Of a stretch of 64,000 bases of DNA, positions 27,802-38,339 are shown one piece after another; position 1 is the stretch's first letter; each line of letters starts with the position of its first letter. The notes under the pieces were generated by a model. That model was not told the DNA's origin and did no database searches. It saw nothing but the letters and a program-made list of their open reading frames with translations. This stretch comes from Bdellovibrionota bacterium (GTDB taxonomy: Bacteria > Bdellovibrionota_C > UBA2361 > OMII01): the NCBI GenBank assembly GCA_044345405.1, contig JBIJBE010000005.1:1-64000 (forward strand), in the 5' to 3' direction. The position numbers and the translations under genes are program-made.

Positions 27802-29019
27802 CTACCTCTCCACGAAATCGAGGTCTCGCGAGAAGGTCTCCTCTATCGTAAACAAGCCCACAGTCGCGATGATACACACGCCCAGCCCAACGATCATCGC
27901 GGCGTCAATAATGCCCTGCGTGGGCCGCAGCGCCAGAAAAGCGGCGCTCACCGGGACGATCGCGCCCCGAATAAAATTTGGAATAGAGGTCGTTACAGTA
28001 GCTCGAACGTTAGTGCCGAACTGCTCCGCCGCAAGGGTTACGACCAACACCCAGTATCCCCCAGCGCACCCAAGTACGAAGAGATTGGCATACAACCCAG
28101 TCAGAGAGAGTTGCTCACGGGTTAAAAGCCACACAGGAGCGACGCCACATAGGCTGAGGTAGATAGCGATCGGGCGCTTACGGCTCTTGAGGTACTGACT
28201 TAAGAGCCCCCCAAGTACATCCCCAACAAAGAGCCCAAAATAGCAGATAGCGATGCAGAGTCCCACTTTTGGGACCTCGACTACTCCAAGCGCAACGGCC
28301 AGGTCCTTAGCGTTCGCGAGAAGGATCCCAACGATGAACCAGATCGGCACTCCGATGAGGATACACTGAAAGAAGCGAGCCAACCGTCGAGGCCTCGCCA
28401 TAAGACGCACGACCTCACGCATCGAGCTTCCCTGTGCGGCCACCGATTTGAAGAGCTCCGACTCCGCTACTGAGACCCGCAAGAAGAGGAGCGCTAGTCC
28501 CAGCGCGCCACCGATCAGATAGCTGTGTCGCCACGCCAATACCTCTCCGACTAATCCTGCCACGATGGCACCACATGCCCCAACCGCAGCGATAATTGTC
28601 GTACCGTAGCCACGGAGCCGTTGAGGCATCAACTCAGCCACAAGGGTAACTCCCGCCCCCAACTCCCCAGCGAGACCCACGCCGGCGATAAAACGAAGAA
28701 CGGCATACGCGTCAAGGGAACCTACAAAGGCGTTGCAGATATTCGCGACCGAGTACATCACGATAGAACCGAACAACACCTTGGTACGGCCTATTTTATC
28801 TCCGAGGAGCCCCCACAAAAGACCTCCCACGAGCATTCCCCCGTTTTGACAGTTGAGGAGAAAAGCGCCCGACTCGAGCATGGCGTCAGGAGCGACTCCG
28901 AGATCGATCAAGGATGGATTCTTAACCACGAGAAAGAGCACGAGGTCATAGACATCCACAAAGTAGCCGAGGGCCGCGACGATAACGGCGGCGGAGAGGA
29001 GGTGTTGTTTCGCGGACAT
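27802..29019 (-). CDS. MFS transporter
   Basis: LGYFVDVYDL, GLLGDKIGR, RFIAGVGLAGELG, AEQFGTNVRAT; about 12 TM helices. Confidence 0.92.
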   Translation of the reverse strand: MSAKQHLLSAAVIVAALGYFVDVYDLVLFLVVKNPSLIDLGVAPDAMLESGAFLLNCQNGGMLVGGLLWGLLGDKIGRTKVLFGSIVMYSVANICNAFVGSLDAYAVLRFIAGVGLAGELGAGVTLVAELMPQRLRGYGTTIIAAVGACGAIVAGLVGEVLAWRHSYLIGGALGLALLFLRVSVAESELFKSVAAQGSSMREVVRLMARPRRLARFFQCILIGVPIWFIVGILLANAKDLAVALGVVEVPKVGLCIAICYFGLFVGDVLGGLLSQYLKSRKRPIAIYLSLCGVAPVWLLTREQLSLTGLYANLFVLGCAGGYWVLVVTLAAEQFGTNVRATVTTSIPNFIRGAIVPVSAAFLALRPTQGIIDAAMIVGLGVCIIATVGLFTIEETFSRDLDFVER

Positions 29020-29135
29020 AGGAAGGTTTGTAGCATCAGGAGGGCGCAGGAGCTAGAGCGACATCGGCAGACCCGATTGGAAATTCCGAGCCCTCTTGGG
29101 GTATATTCGGCTCGTCGCATGAGAGAGCCCTTGGT

Positions 29136-30203
29136 ATGAACGCAGGTCCTTACAGAACGTCTATCTCCCCCTCATCTCCCCACGATGGGGGCACGGGTTG
29201 TGTATCCGCCACGCAATCGGTTCGATCTCATTCCTCCGTATCATTCATCCCTATGCCAGGGATGGATCGGCAGCATTGTGTGGATATGTACGGAGATATT
29301 CCCTTCGGCTTATTCGTACTACCGGATTCCACCCTGCGTGGCGAAGCCGCCTATATATTTACGAACGAGGGAACTCCGATCCTTGAACAGAACGCGGACT
29401 TTCTCCGTAAGAAGCGATTCCTAAAACCACGACTCACTGAAGAGCACCTGCACCTTCAAACGGCGCGAGAGGTCGACGACATCGTATCCCTTACATCACG
29501 GTGCGACACCGGCTTCTTTCACTGGATGATGGATTCGTTGCCGAAAGTTATCCTCGCTGAGGCGTGTGGGTTTACGGGGAGCTACCTCATCCCCCCTTCC
29601 TCTACCGCTCCGTGGGCTGAGGAATCCCTGAACCTTCTTGGAATCTCCACGAGCCGACTCATACCCCACTCATCACTCGACACGCGAGCGAGTCGCCTCT
29701 TTATTCCCACCTACTTCAGTGGCTACAACGCGCATCACAACAAGCAGTTTATGAAGCTCTATCGGGACAAGGTTCGCCGAACGATATCCATCGAACCAAG
29801 GAGATCAAACGAGCGCATCCTCATCGCTCGCAAGCCCGAGACCAAGGTGCGTCGCATCATCAATCACGACGAGGTGCGCACTATCGCTGAGCAGTTTGGC
29901 TTTCAAACCGTGTACTTCGAGGACCTCTCATTTCGCGAACAGCTTGAACGAGCCCTCTCCGCGGAAGCGATGATAGGAGCGCACGGCTCGGGACTGTGTC
30001 ACTCCCTTTTTATGGGTGAAGGATCAACGCTCATCGAGCTCTTCCCTTTTGCTCGCAAGCAGTCGTGTGATTGCTATGAGATGATCGCGACGATCCCGGA
30101 GCATCGATACTATGCACTGGAGAGCGAACAGGATTGTGAGGGAGACGTGCGCGTGTCACCAGATACCCTGATGGGCGTTCTCAGGCAGGCACTCGCGAGA
30201 TAG
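29136..30203 (+). CDS. Glycosyltransferase family 61 (DUF563)-like protein
   Basis: FFHWMMDSLPK, RRIINHDEV, EDLSFREQ, IGAHGSGL, LIELFP. Confidence 0.85.
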   Translation: MNAGPYRTSISPSSPHDGGTGCVSATQSVRSHSSVSFIPMPGMDRQHCVDMYGDIPFGLFVLPDSTLRGEAAYIFTNEGTPILEQNADFLRKKRFLKPRLTEEHLHLQTAREVDDIVSLTSRCDTGFFHWMMDSLPKVILAEACGFTGSYLIPPSSTAPWAEESLNLLGISTSRLIPHSSLDTRASRLFIPTYFSGYNAHHNKQFMKLYRDKVRRTISIEPRRSNERILIARKPETKVRRIINHDEVRTIAEQFGFQTVYFEDLSFREQLERALSAEAMIGAHGSGLCHSLFMGEGSTLIELFPFARKQSCDCYEMIATIPEHRYYALESEQDCEGDVRVSPDTLMGVLRQALAR

Positions 30204-30207
30204 AAAG

Positions 30208-33200
30208 CTACACGAAGCGAGCACCCTTCGTCTCAACCCGTCCGTAGGCTCGCTTAAGAAGCCACCCTTTAAGACCCTTAGGGAGATCTATGCGCAACTC
30301 AGCCGGAATGATCGCACCCTCAAGCCCGACCTTACACGCTTGAGCGAGAGACGCCCCATCCAGCAATCCCCTCTCCCTGCCGTCCACCATCACCCGCTCG
30401 TTCGCCCCTGTCGCGGCGAGGAGTCCGAGGGGAATAGAGGCAACCTCGGGGATGTAGGTCCCCTTTTCAAAGAGAGCCCCCATCGCGCGATCGACGATCG
30501 CTTTCGGTCTAAAGATCATAGTGAACAAGCTCGTCTCTTCAAGGACCCGTTGCAAGGTCGCACCGAGCTCCCTTTGAGCGGCGCTACTCGGAGCCTCCAG
30601 ATCGGTGCATCCAAAATCAAAGTGGTTCAGAGTAACCGTGGTACTCCGAGGGTGAGACCCCTCCTGAACCTCAACGAGATAGTTCCCGGGGTGACGGTCA
30701 TGATCCTTCCCCTGCCCCGACGCCGTCACTCGAACCTCGTTTGCGATAACAGAGAACGCTACGGCGCGGAGCACCGCGAATCTCCGCTCAACCTCTTCCT
30801 TGGACCACGCTCCGCTTGCGCTCTTCGCGCGGAATTCGGCAACCATATCCAGAAGGGAGCGGCCAGAGACCGCCGCGGCCTCTTTATTCCCGGAGTCCTT
30901 CATGAAGTCACTCGGATGGGGTTTCGCCTCAGACGAAACCAGTGGCGCGCATGAGGACCTGATCACGACACCATCTCCTGGAAGCTGCATCGAATAGGTA
31001 TACGCTTCCTCAGCGATACCCTGCTGCGCCCTTGGAGCGCCCGCGAAATCGGTCTCATTTGCGATAAGCCGTCTCGTTTGCTGCGCCATCGGAGCGAGCA
31101 CTCCAAGCTCTGGCTTTATCTGAGAGAGGTTCGAGGCCATGGTGGTGAAGTTTTGCAGCCAGTAGACGCTATCGACCTGCGCGCCTGGATGAATAATCGA
31201 GAGGAACGACTCCTCTCCATCCGCTTTCTTCATCGGAACCGAGAGACACATGGAGCCAGCCTTGGCTCGTCCGACCCAGTGAGCGGTAGCACCCCGTGGC
31301 CCCAGCTCCTCAATACGCTCATGGATAGTCCACCGAGGGAGCGAGATAGTCTCATCGAGCACATTATGGAGAACATCCTTGATCTCCTGCGGAGTGCTCG
31401 GATGGTTACGGATTCGTTGTAACAACTTGTAGCCAGCGGTCCCATGAGAACCTAGAAAGCTTTTGGCGACGAGGCCGATGTTCGCGAGCTCAGAAACCTC
31501 CGTACGCTCCTCTTGCCCACTCGCGAGAATGGCGCAGGCAACCATGTATTTATGGTGGAGTGCGTTGCCATAAAACTCAAAATAATCGTTGATACCAGAC
31601 ACCAGGAGATCGTTATAGGCCCCCTCGTGTGGAAGAAGACGGGGTAGTAGCATCTTATTCTTGAATTCTTGAAAGTTCGCTTCACTCGGAGAGGTATCAA
31701 CCGCAATCATCGAAAGCGATGCCCCCTTGGCCTTCACATCAAGGGCAAGAAAGCGTTCGTGAAGGGAGCGGAGATGATATTCAATAATCTCTCGCTGCCG
31801 CTCTCCCTCTTCCGGCGTTACGAAACCCCGCACGCCCTCCATTCCGAGCACCTTAAAGATTCGCGGCACATTTCCCTCATCGTTTGGATTGTGGCCTCGT
31901 ACCTTGGTAAGGAGGTGCCCTGCCAGGGTCGATAGTTCGCGTTCAGGCCTTCGATCAAGGAGGAACCGAAAGAGACTCTCGCGAAGAGGCTGCTCTGACG
32001 TGGACCGAAGCTCGATGAGTTGATTGTGAGCCTGCGACGCGACCGCATTGGTCGCGTTTTCATCTTGATGAGTCGCGGTCATGAAATTGGCAAAGGTTAA
32101 TTGCGATTGATACTTACTGTGGAACGTAAGATTATCTCGGAAGAGGAACGAGGCCTCTCGCTGCAGGAGAAGCTCATCTGCCACTCCGCGCAATACGCGG
32201 GAGCGTATGGACTGCGGGAGTCCCCGTTTATCAAGGGAGGCAAGAAGATCCTCGCAATGCTTGAGAAACTGGGGCGAACGGTCATCGTATCGTTGCCCCG
32301 ACCTCAATCTAACGTGGGTTGAGAGCGCGTCGACCAAACCATCGATAAGAAATCTCTCAAAACGGGGGGCCGATGCCTTAGGCAGGTACGCGGACGTTAT
32401 GGCACCAAGGTCTTTGAAACGAGTTCTATCGTACGTGCCGATGTGGAGAGAGATCGTATTCTCATCACCACAGAAAAACGGCCGGGGAAAGGAGATCTCT
32501 CCCAAGAAAGCTGTTCGGGCTTGAACATCGGGAAGGGCCTGGCATCGACGCATCGCCTCCCCCTGCCACTTCGTTTCCACGGAAACGGACCGATCGGTTA
32601 CCCCCATCGCCACCAGCCGTTGATACGATTCGAGGAACTCAGCGTTGGAGAGATTCGAGAGCTCCTGGCGCTCCGCTCTATTCGTTACGAGCTGCCGTAT
32701 GTGTCGCCCCTGCTCGGTGTGCACACAGAGGTCATACAGGGTGTGAAGTTGCTCCATCGAAAAACGGTCCGGAGAGCCCCCAGAGATATAGTCACCGATG
32801 TAACGGGCTCGCTCCTCACGGACCGGGCCATATGGCCTTATCATTTCTCCGGTATACAAGCACGCCCCAACATCCGTTATACGAAGGAGTCCTTCAATGA
32901 ACTTGCTCGGGGGAAGTAAAAGATCCACTCCGAGAAGATGCCGTAGCTTCTCCTCACCACCAACCGCTTCTTGGAAAGCCTTGTGCAGCGAATCTCCGGT
33001 GAGACGGGTCTTATCTCCGTTAAATCCATTCAACGCGGCTATACCGACGATCTGTTCGACTGGCGATAGAACACCACCGAAATTCTCTAAGAGAGCGCGA
33101 ACCATCGGGTGGCGAGGATCTACACGAGATCCTTCAATACCACTAGCCGAAGCCCCGCCTTTTCCGACCGCGGATCGGTGATACTTCCTGTACACGCTCA

Positions 33201-35484
33201 GATACGGAGCTCCCGCCATTGGGTTAAAACTGGTAAGGAAGGCGATCGCTGTTTTTTTTACCTCACCGTCCACATCATTCCGCAAGAGCTCTTGAAGCTT
33301 TCCTAAAACAACCTCCGCAAGGAGATGAGACCGCTTTGCGAGCTCCTCCGGTAGTATCCCCACGGGATGAACCTGCGGCATGATGAAGTGGGCATTTTCG
33401 AAGGCGAACTCAATAAAGGCTTTACGGGTATCGATTCGAGCGACATCGGCGACCAGCTCGGCTCCCCGTCGCGCGATGAACTCGGCGTAATTCCGCTCCG
33501 TCGCAAGCGCAGCCCCTTTATCCTCAACGCTCAGCTGCCGACGAGTCGGAAAGCGTAACGATATACCCCGAACCTCATCGATATCGAAGGCCTGCAAGGT
33601 GCCACACTCCGTTCCTTCAAGGAGCTGCTGGTCGGCGGGCCGTGAGGCACCAAATGAAAAATCCTGCTTCGTCTCTCCACGCAGCTCCGCGCTTACTCGC
33701 TGTATGCCAGCTTTTGAGTAGAAATGAACGAGGGCGTTCAGGGAGCGTTGACTCGGCCAATCGCCGGTGGTTTGAACACGCGAAAGCAACTCCTCCCGAA
33801 GAGCCCGATGGACTCCAAACGGAAAAGGGATAGTTCGTCCCTGCTGTAGCGCCTCAAAATCGGCCCCTCGAAAGAGCTGGCCGAGGTAATCCTTGGTCTG
33901 GGGGAGTAGCACGTGCACCCACTCCTTTGTATCGACATCAGGTTGTGCGGAGTAGGAAAGGAGCGGTTCACACCCTTGGAGAGCACCGGCGACCTCATCT
34001 TTCGTTCGAGCAGACAAGAGCGCAAGATACGCATGATCAGCTTTGGCGAATGCTCCAAAATTTTCTACTCCCAATGCTTGGCAGATCGATTGATAGGACC
34101 GAATGGAATCACGAACGTTTGATTGATGGTATAACGTGGTACTGAGGTTGACACACACCGGATGTTCGCTGAAGCGACTAACCGGCCCCTTCGCCTCTGA
34201 CAGCGCCTCCACCGTTAACGCGGAGATCTCTCCGCTTAGGCTGCTCACCCTCCAATCGATTATGAGCGGTCTATACTCTTGCATGAACTGATCAAGGATC
34301 TCTAACTTGCCATCGCAATCCGCGGAGCCAAATCCTCTCAACGCCATCTCGTGGCGAACCGGCTTTACGATTCGGTGATCTCGTGAGGCATCGACGATAG
34401 CTTCCAGTCTATCTCGCCATCCATCTCTGAGAGCCTCCGCAGGAGACGAGGACCCATTGATAAGGTGTTTGCGCCGCTCACGCTCGTATTCGGCCCACGC
34501 CCCCTTCTCGTAGACCTCTTTTCGAATGGGGGGTGAGGCATGTGGCTCTTCATGGGATACGGCAAAGGCCTCGCGCCGATTTCCAATACGAGCGAAGAGA
34601 TCGCAGAGCCTACTCATCGCCTCGGGTTTCAATCCGATTCGCTCTAACATCTTAGCGGGCAAAATATCGCAGTATTCTTCCTGCACCATTGAGTTCGCTC
34701 GCCCTTGATACTTCCGCTGGAAATTCGCGTGACAAACCTCGTGCGCTACAACGCCGGCGAGGGCGTCGATAGACAATTTTTTTTCCGTGAATTCGGGCGC
34801 CGAGAGAAATTCCTGTATCAAACCTCTGTTAAGGTACACATCGAACGAACCGGAGCTCTTCGAAGTGACGAATGCGTTGACCGAGGGGCTATCGACCATC
34901 CAAACGACGACATCTTCGGGCCGTACATGCGACATCTCGTCCGGCACCGCTCGGATCATGCGAGAGGTGATCTCTCCGACGAGCTGCGAGAGATCTTGGG
35001 CATACGAACGATCAGGCGGATAGGCCCGAAACATAGCTTGTTTTAGTTTATCGAAACTATTCACCGCTATGTCCTTAGCGATGTCTTGTATCGTGTGGGT
35101 TGGGCATGACGCCATATCGCGGGTCGAGATCCTCGAAAACACGCTCCGAGGTGCCGCGGCGTCAGCGAGTACATCTTCGTTCTCAACGGCAGACACAGAG
35201 GTCAGAGAACGAGAGCTGGTGGCTGTCAGAGATGTATCAAGGGATGGGGGCTGAGTCTCGGCGCGCGAGCAAGAGATGAGATTGCGGGGACTATCAACCA
35301 TAGATTCAGCTACGTTAAAACCGGTTCGTACTGGAGGGTTATGGTCAGATTGGAGACAGGCGTGCCTTTCAACTGCAGGCACAAAAAAAAGCGCACTCCA
35401 CCCATGCAACCACCTAGAATCGCTTGCGAAAATACGGTCGCTTATAAAAGCACACGGACCAGGGCAAACTTTGATTAAGTCCAC
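30208..35484 (-). CDS. Giant protein: N-terminal M48 metallopeptidase + C-terminal AarF/UbiB(ABC1)-like kinase; start likely downstream of 35484
   Basis: Peptidase part: VNAFV...YLNRGL...AGVVAHEVCH...EEYCD...GLKPEAM. Kinase part: YKLLQ, ETDF, DHDRHPGNYLV, HFDFG. Uninterrupted 1758-codon ORF. Confidence 0.8.
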   Translation of the reverse strand: MDLIKVCPGPCAFISDRIFASDSRWLHGWSALFFVPAVERHACLQSDHNPPVRTGFNVAESMVDSPRNLISCSRAETQPPSLDTSLTATSSRSLTSVSAVENEDVLADAAAPRSVFSRISTRDMASCPTHTIQDIAKDIAVNSFDKLKQAMFRAYPPDRSYAQDLSQLVGEITSRMIRAVPDEMSHVRPEDVVVWMVDSPSVNAFVTSKSSGSFDVYLNRGLIQEFLSAPEFTEKKLSIDALAGVVAHEVCHANFQRKYQGRANSMVQEEYCDILPAKMLERIGLKPEAMSRLCDLFARIGNRREAFAVSHEEPHASPPIRKEVYEKGAWAEYERERRKHLINGSSSPAEALRDGWRDRLEAIVDASRDHRIVKPVRHEMALRGFGSADCDGKLEILDQFMQEYRPLIIDWRVSSLSGEISALTVEALSEAKGPVSRFSEHPVCVNLSTTLYHQSNVRDSIRSYQSICQALGVENFGAFAKADHAYLALLSARTKDEVAGALQGCEPLLSYSAQPDVDTKEWVHVLLPQTKDYLGQLFRGADFEALQQGRTIPFPFGVHRALREELLSRVQTTGDWPSQRSLNALVHFYSKAGIQRVSAELRGETKQDFSFGASRPADQQLLEGTECGTLQAFDIDEVRGISLRFPTRRQLSVEDKGAALATERNYAEFIARRGAELVADVARIDTRKAFIEFAFENAHFIMPQVHPVGILPEELAKRSHLLAEVVLGKLQELLRNDVDGEVKKTAIAFLTSFNPMAGAPYLSVYRKYHRSAVGKGGASASGIEGSRVDPRHPMVRALLENFGGVLSPVEQIVGIAALNGFNGDKTRLTGDSLHKAFQEAVGGEEKLRHLLGVDLLLPPSKFIEGLLRITDVGACLYTGEMIRPYGPVREERARYIGDYISGGSPDRFSMEQLHTLYDLCVHTEQGRHIRQLVTNRAERQELSNLSNAEFLESYQRLVAMGVTDRSVSVETKWQGEAMRRCQALPDVQARTAFLGEISFPRPFFCGDENTISLHIGTYDRTRFKDLGAITSAYLPKASAPRFERFLIDGLVDALSTHVRLRSGQRYDDRSPQFLKHCEDLLASLDKRGLPQSIRSRVLRGVADELLLQREASFLFRDNLTFHSKYQSQLTFANFMTATHQDENATNAVASQAHNQLIELRSTSEQPLRESLFRFLLDRRPERELSTLAGHLLTKVRGHNPNDEGNVPRIFKVLGMEGVRGFVTPEEGERQREIIEYHLRSLHERFLALDVKAKGASLSMIAVDTSPSEANFQEFKNKMLLPRLLPHEGAYNDLLVSGINDYFEFYGNALHHKYMVACAILASGQEERTEVSELANIGLVAKSFLGSHGTAGYKLLQRIRNHPSTPQEIKDVLHNVLDETISLPRWTIHERIEELGPRGATAHWVGRAKAGSMCLSVPMKKADGEESFLSIIHPGAQVDSVYWLQNFTTMASNLSQIKPELGVLAPMAQQTRRLIANETDFAGAPRAQQGIAEEAYTYSMQLPGDGVVIRSSCAPLVSSEAKPHPSDFMKDSGNKEAAAVSGRSLLDMVAEFRAKSASGAWSKEEVERRFAVLRAVAFSVIANEVRVTASGQGKDHDRHPGNYLVEVQEGSHPRSTTVTLNHFDFGCTDLEAPSSAAQRELGATLQRVLEETSLFTMIFRPKAIVDRAMGALFEKGTYIPEVASIPLGLLAATGANERVMVDGRERGLLDGASLAQACKVGLEGAIIPAELRIDLPKGLKGWLLKRAYGRVETKGARFV

Positions 35485-35546
35485 CAGACGTGAGACCGTG
35501 GACAGGAGTTTGAAACGCAGCTACCGAGATCCGCCACGCTACAACC

Positions 35547-36254
35547 ATGACATTCTTTCAGCTTCCCATAGGCTTACCCCGCGTCGCAAAGGATGGAGAG
35601 ATCCTTAATTCATGCGCCAAGATAGGTCGTGAGATCGGAAACGGCCGTCACGGCACCGCCCACGAGGGGGTGCTCAACGGAGAGAAGGCCTGCTTCAAGC
35701 GCTATCACCTCTCCTGGTCTCACGCCTTCACCTCAAATCCGGCGAAACATGAATACGATCGCCTCCTAAAAGCCCGTGGGACCCTAGCTGAGATCGCCGA
35801 CTCAATTCAGTCACCGATCGGGTGGTATAAAGATTCCATCATGGGTCAGGTGATGGTTACGCGGCTCGTGCAAGATTACAACGGATGGCCCTCGCAATCC
35901 CTTAAGCACACGCCTGAGATATCACGTTCATTTTTTAATCAATTGGAGGGAATATTCGAGGTCTTCGCGGCCAAGCAGGTACTCTATAATCCGGTCGCCG
36001 CGAACATCCTCGTTCAGAGGCTCTCTGAAACTGAAAGCCGCCCGATGCTGATCGACTTCACAAACTACGAAAGTTACATTCACTACATCAGTAAAGGGGC
36101 AGCGCACCTCATCTCCCCCGCAAGCCGGAAACGGGACATCGCCGCGTGGCTACACTCAACCCTTACCGTCGCCCAGGGAAAGGTCACAGAGAACAGATCG
36201 CTCTCATTGAATGACCTTATGCTACCGCCCTCGCCTTCTAATCACACCGTCTGA
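35547..36254 (+). CDS. Protein-kinase-like fold protein (YrbL-like)
   Basis: EIGNGRHG (Gly loop), ACFKRY, NPVAANILVQR, LIDF. Confidence 0.65.
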   Translation: MTFFQLPIGLPRVAKDGEILNSCAKIGREIGNGRHGTAHEGVLNGEKACFKRYHLSWSHAFTSNPAKHEYDRLLKARGTLAEIADSIQSPIGWYKDSIMGQVMVTRLVQDYNGWPSQSLKHTPEISRSFFNQLEGIFEVFAAKQVLYNPVAANILVQRLSETESRPMLIDFTNYESYIHYISKGAAHLISPASRKRDIAAWLHSTLTVAQGKVTENRSLSLNDLMLPPSPSNHTV

Positions 36255-36427
36255 GATCTGACCGGTCGGACAGCTCCGGATTCATGACGAGAGTCTTAAA
36301 CTGCCGTCTAGCTATACATCCTAACTGATTCGAACGTCCTAGGGCGTATATTGCCGCAGGTTAGAGCACCCTCTCTGCCAGCGTCGCATAACGCATGTAT
36401 TCCCCCCGGGAAGGAGTACCTATACCT

Positions 36428-37330
36428 ATGGGCATTTTCAGCAGAAACAGCAAGCCAGACCAAAGTTCCGGCAAATCCAACGACAAAAAGCTCGCACCGA
36501 ATGAGCCACCTGAGCGACTCGACGAGTCGGTAAGGAACAAATTCTCATTGGAGCATCCGGCGTGGAGAGCGGATCATGTCTCTATGGGAACGACTCCCGA
36601 ATCGACGCGGATAGCGATGTCACGCCAGTTCGCTCGAGTTATCGGAGATATGTTGGGCAAGCATACCGACTCGACAGTCGCGTCCATCGAGTGCCTGAAG
36701 CAAGCGCTCGCGGTTCCAGTCTCAATTCCGGAGTTCGACCGACATCTGCACGGTGCTGTCGAAACGGTCTCAACATCACTCGGATACGATCAAGCGACCA
36801 AGCGCCTCGTATCGCACATGAACGGCGCGTTCCAGGACGCTAGTCTCCTGGAGAGGCTCTCAACGACCGCCGCTCTTATGCGAGAGACCGTGAATAAGAC
36901 CTTTGACGCCATGCTGCGGGGCCCGACAAACCAAGACACGATGATGTCCTACAGTGGCGATCAAAGTATGTGCACGGTGTTCGGCGTTCGAGGAAGAGTT
37001 GAGCGGATGTCTATCACCATGATTCCGGGACAACTCGCGCATCACTTTAAGACGACCCTCGAAGAGGCCCAGCAACGCTATCAAGCAAAAAAAATTGAGC
37101 TACGGGAAGGAGAGGCTATCCCCTATGACAAAGTGTTCTCACTTAGGCTGAACGTTGGAGAGAAGGTACTCCAGGTCAAAACCACGCAGGATGATCTCGT
37201 ACAAAGTTACAACGAGGCGCTCATCCGATATGCCTCGGTCAGCTACTCCAACAGGGTGCGAAAGCGTGAAGAGGCACCTGCCAAGTTGGAGCAAGGGCAA
37301 CAAGCCGCTCGAGAGCGCGACGGAGTTTAG
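36428..37330 (+). CDS. hypothetical protein
   Basis: About 300-codon ORF with GAAGGAG upstream of the ATG at 36428 (track start 36395); no motif recognised. Confidence 0.7.
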   Translation: MGIFSRNSKPDQSSGKSNDKKLAPNEPPERLDESVRNKFSLEHPAWRADHVSMGTTPESTRIAMSRQFARVIGDMLGKHTDSTVASIECLKQALAVPVSIPEFDRHLHGAVETVSTSLGYDQATKRLVSHMNGAFQDASLLERLSTTAALMRETVNKTFDAMLRGPTNQDTMMSYSGDQSMCTVFGVRGRVERMSITMIPGQLAHHFKTTLEEAQQRYQAKKIELREGEAIPYDKVFSLRLNVGEKVLQVKTTQDDLVQSYNEALIRYASVSYSNRVRKREEAPAKLEQGQQAARERDGV

Positions 37331-37354
37331 ACTCCACCACCCCCTACAGACCTC

Positions 37355-37909
37355 CTACGGCAGCTCCTTATACACCACTGAGAGTACTTCGACCTCTTGC
37401 TCTCCCTTAGGAGAGTGGAACGTAACGTAGTCACCCGCTTTAGCTTTAAGAAGTGCTTTCGCAAGCGGCGACATCCAACTGATCCGCCCCCTGTTCACAT
37501 CGACCTCATCGACCCCAACGATTGAGTAGGTCTTCTCTGAGTCATCCTCGAATCGAAGGGTCACGGTCGCGCCGAACTGCACATACGGGACAGTAATCGC
37601 CAACGGATCCACAACCTCCGCGGCTTCCAAGCGCTTAGCGAGAAATCGCATACGTTTATCGATCTCGCGAAGGCGTTTTTTTCCGTAGAGGTAGTCACCG
37701 TTCTCTGAGCGATCGCCATTGCCCGCGGCCCACGAAACGACCTTCGTAACCTCAGGACGCTCCTCATACCGAAGCTTTTTGAGCTCGGCACGCAACCGCT
37801 CAGCGCCAGCGGGAGTAATGTAATTCTTTCCACCTGGCACGGATGCGTCTACGTCCCTATCAACCTCGGTGTTGTTCTCATCCCCGTCGCGGGTGAATGC
37901 CTTACTCAT
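37355..37909 (-). CDS. greB: Transcription elongation factor GreB
   Basis: MSKAFT, KNYITPAG, WAAGNGDRSENGDYLYGKKRLREID, ISWMSPLAKALL. Confidence 0.96.
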   Translation of the reverse strand: MSKAFTRDGDENNTEVDRDVDASVPGGKNYITPAGAERLRAELKKLRYEERPEVTKVVSWAAGNGDRSENGDYLYGKKRLREIDKRMRFLAKRLEAAEVVDPLAITVPYVQFGATVTLRFEDDSEKTYSIVGVDEVDVNRGRISWMSPLAKALLKAKAGDYVTFHSPKGEQEVEVLSVVYKELP

Positions 37910-37931
37910 GATGGTACGTATGCAAACGAAA

Positions 37932-38339
37932 CTAATCGACCGGCACGTTCGCTTTAATCCAAGCTACCACATCCTGCGTGTGGGTTCCGGGAATGAAGAT
38001 CTCCTTAACGCCGACCTTCTTCAGTTCCACGATATCATCTTTCGGGACGATTCCTCCACCAAACACAACGATATCGGAGGCGTTCTCAGCGTCGAGTTTT
38101 TTGAGGAGTTCTGGGAAGAGGGTCATGTGGGCGCCCGAAAGTATACTGAGCCCGATACAATCCACATCCTCTTGAATGGCCGCTCGCACGATGTGCTCCA
38201 CGGTCTGGTGGAGTCCCGTGTAGATAACCTCGAAACCAGCATCCCGAAGAGCCCGCGCGATAACCTTCGCGCCACGGTCGTGCCCGTCGAGACCGGCCTT
38301 CGCGATAAGGATTCTGATAGGTCGTGCTTGTGCGGTCAT
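37932..38339 (-). CDS. Cobalamin-binding small subunit of acyl-CoA mutase (IcmB-like)
   Basis: [13 protein letters not shown] (DxHxxG), SILSGAH, FGGGIVP; overlaps the large-subunit stop. Confidence 0.93.
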   Translation of the reverse strand: MTAQARPIRILIAKAGLDGHDRGAKVIARALRDAGFEVIYTGLHQTVEHIVRAAIQEDVDCIGLSILSGAHMTLFPELLKKLDAENASDIVVFGGGIVPKDDIVELKKVGVKEIFIPGTHTQDVVAWIKANVPVD

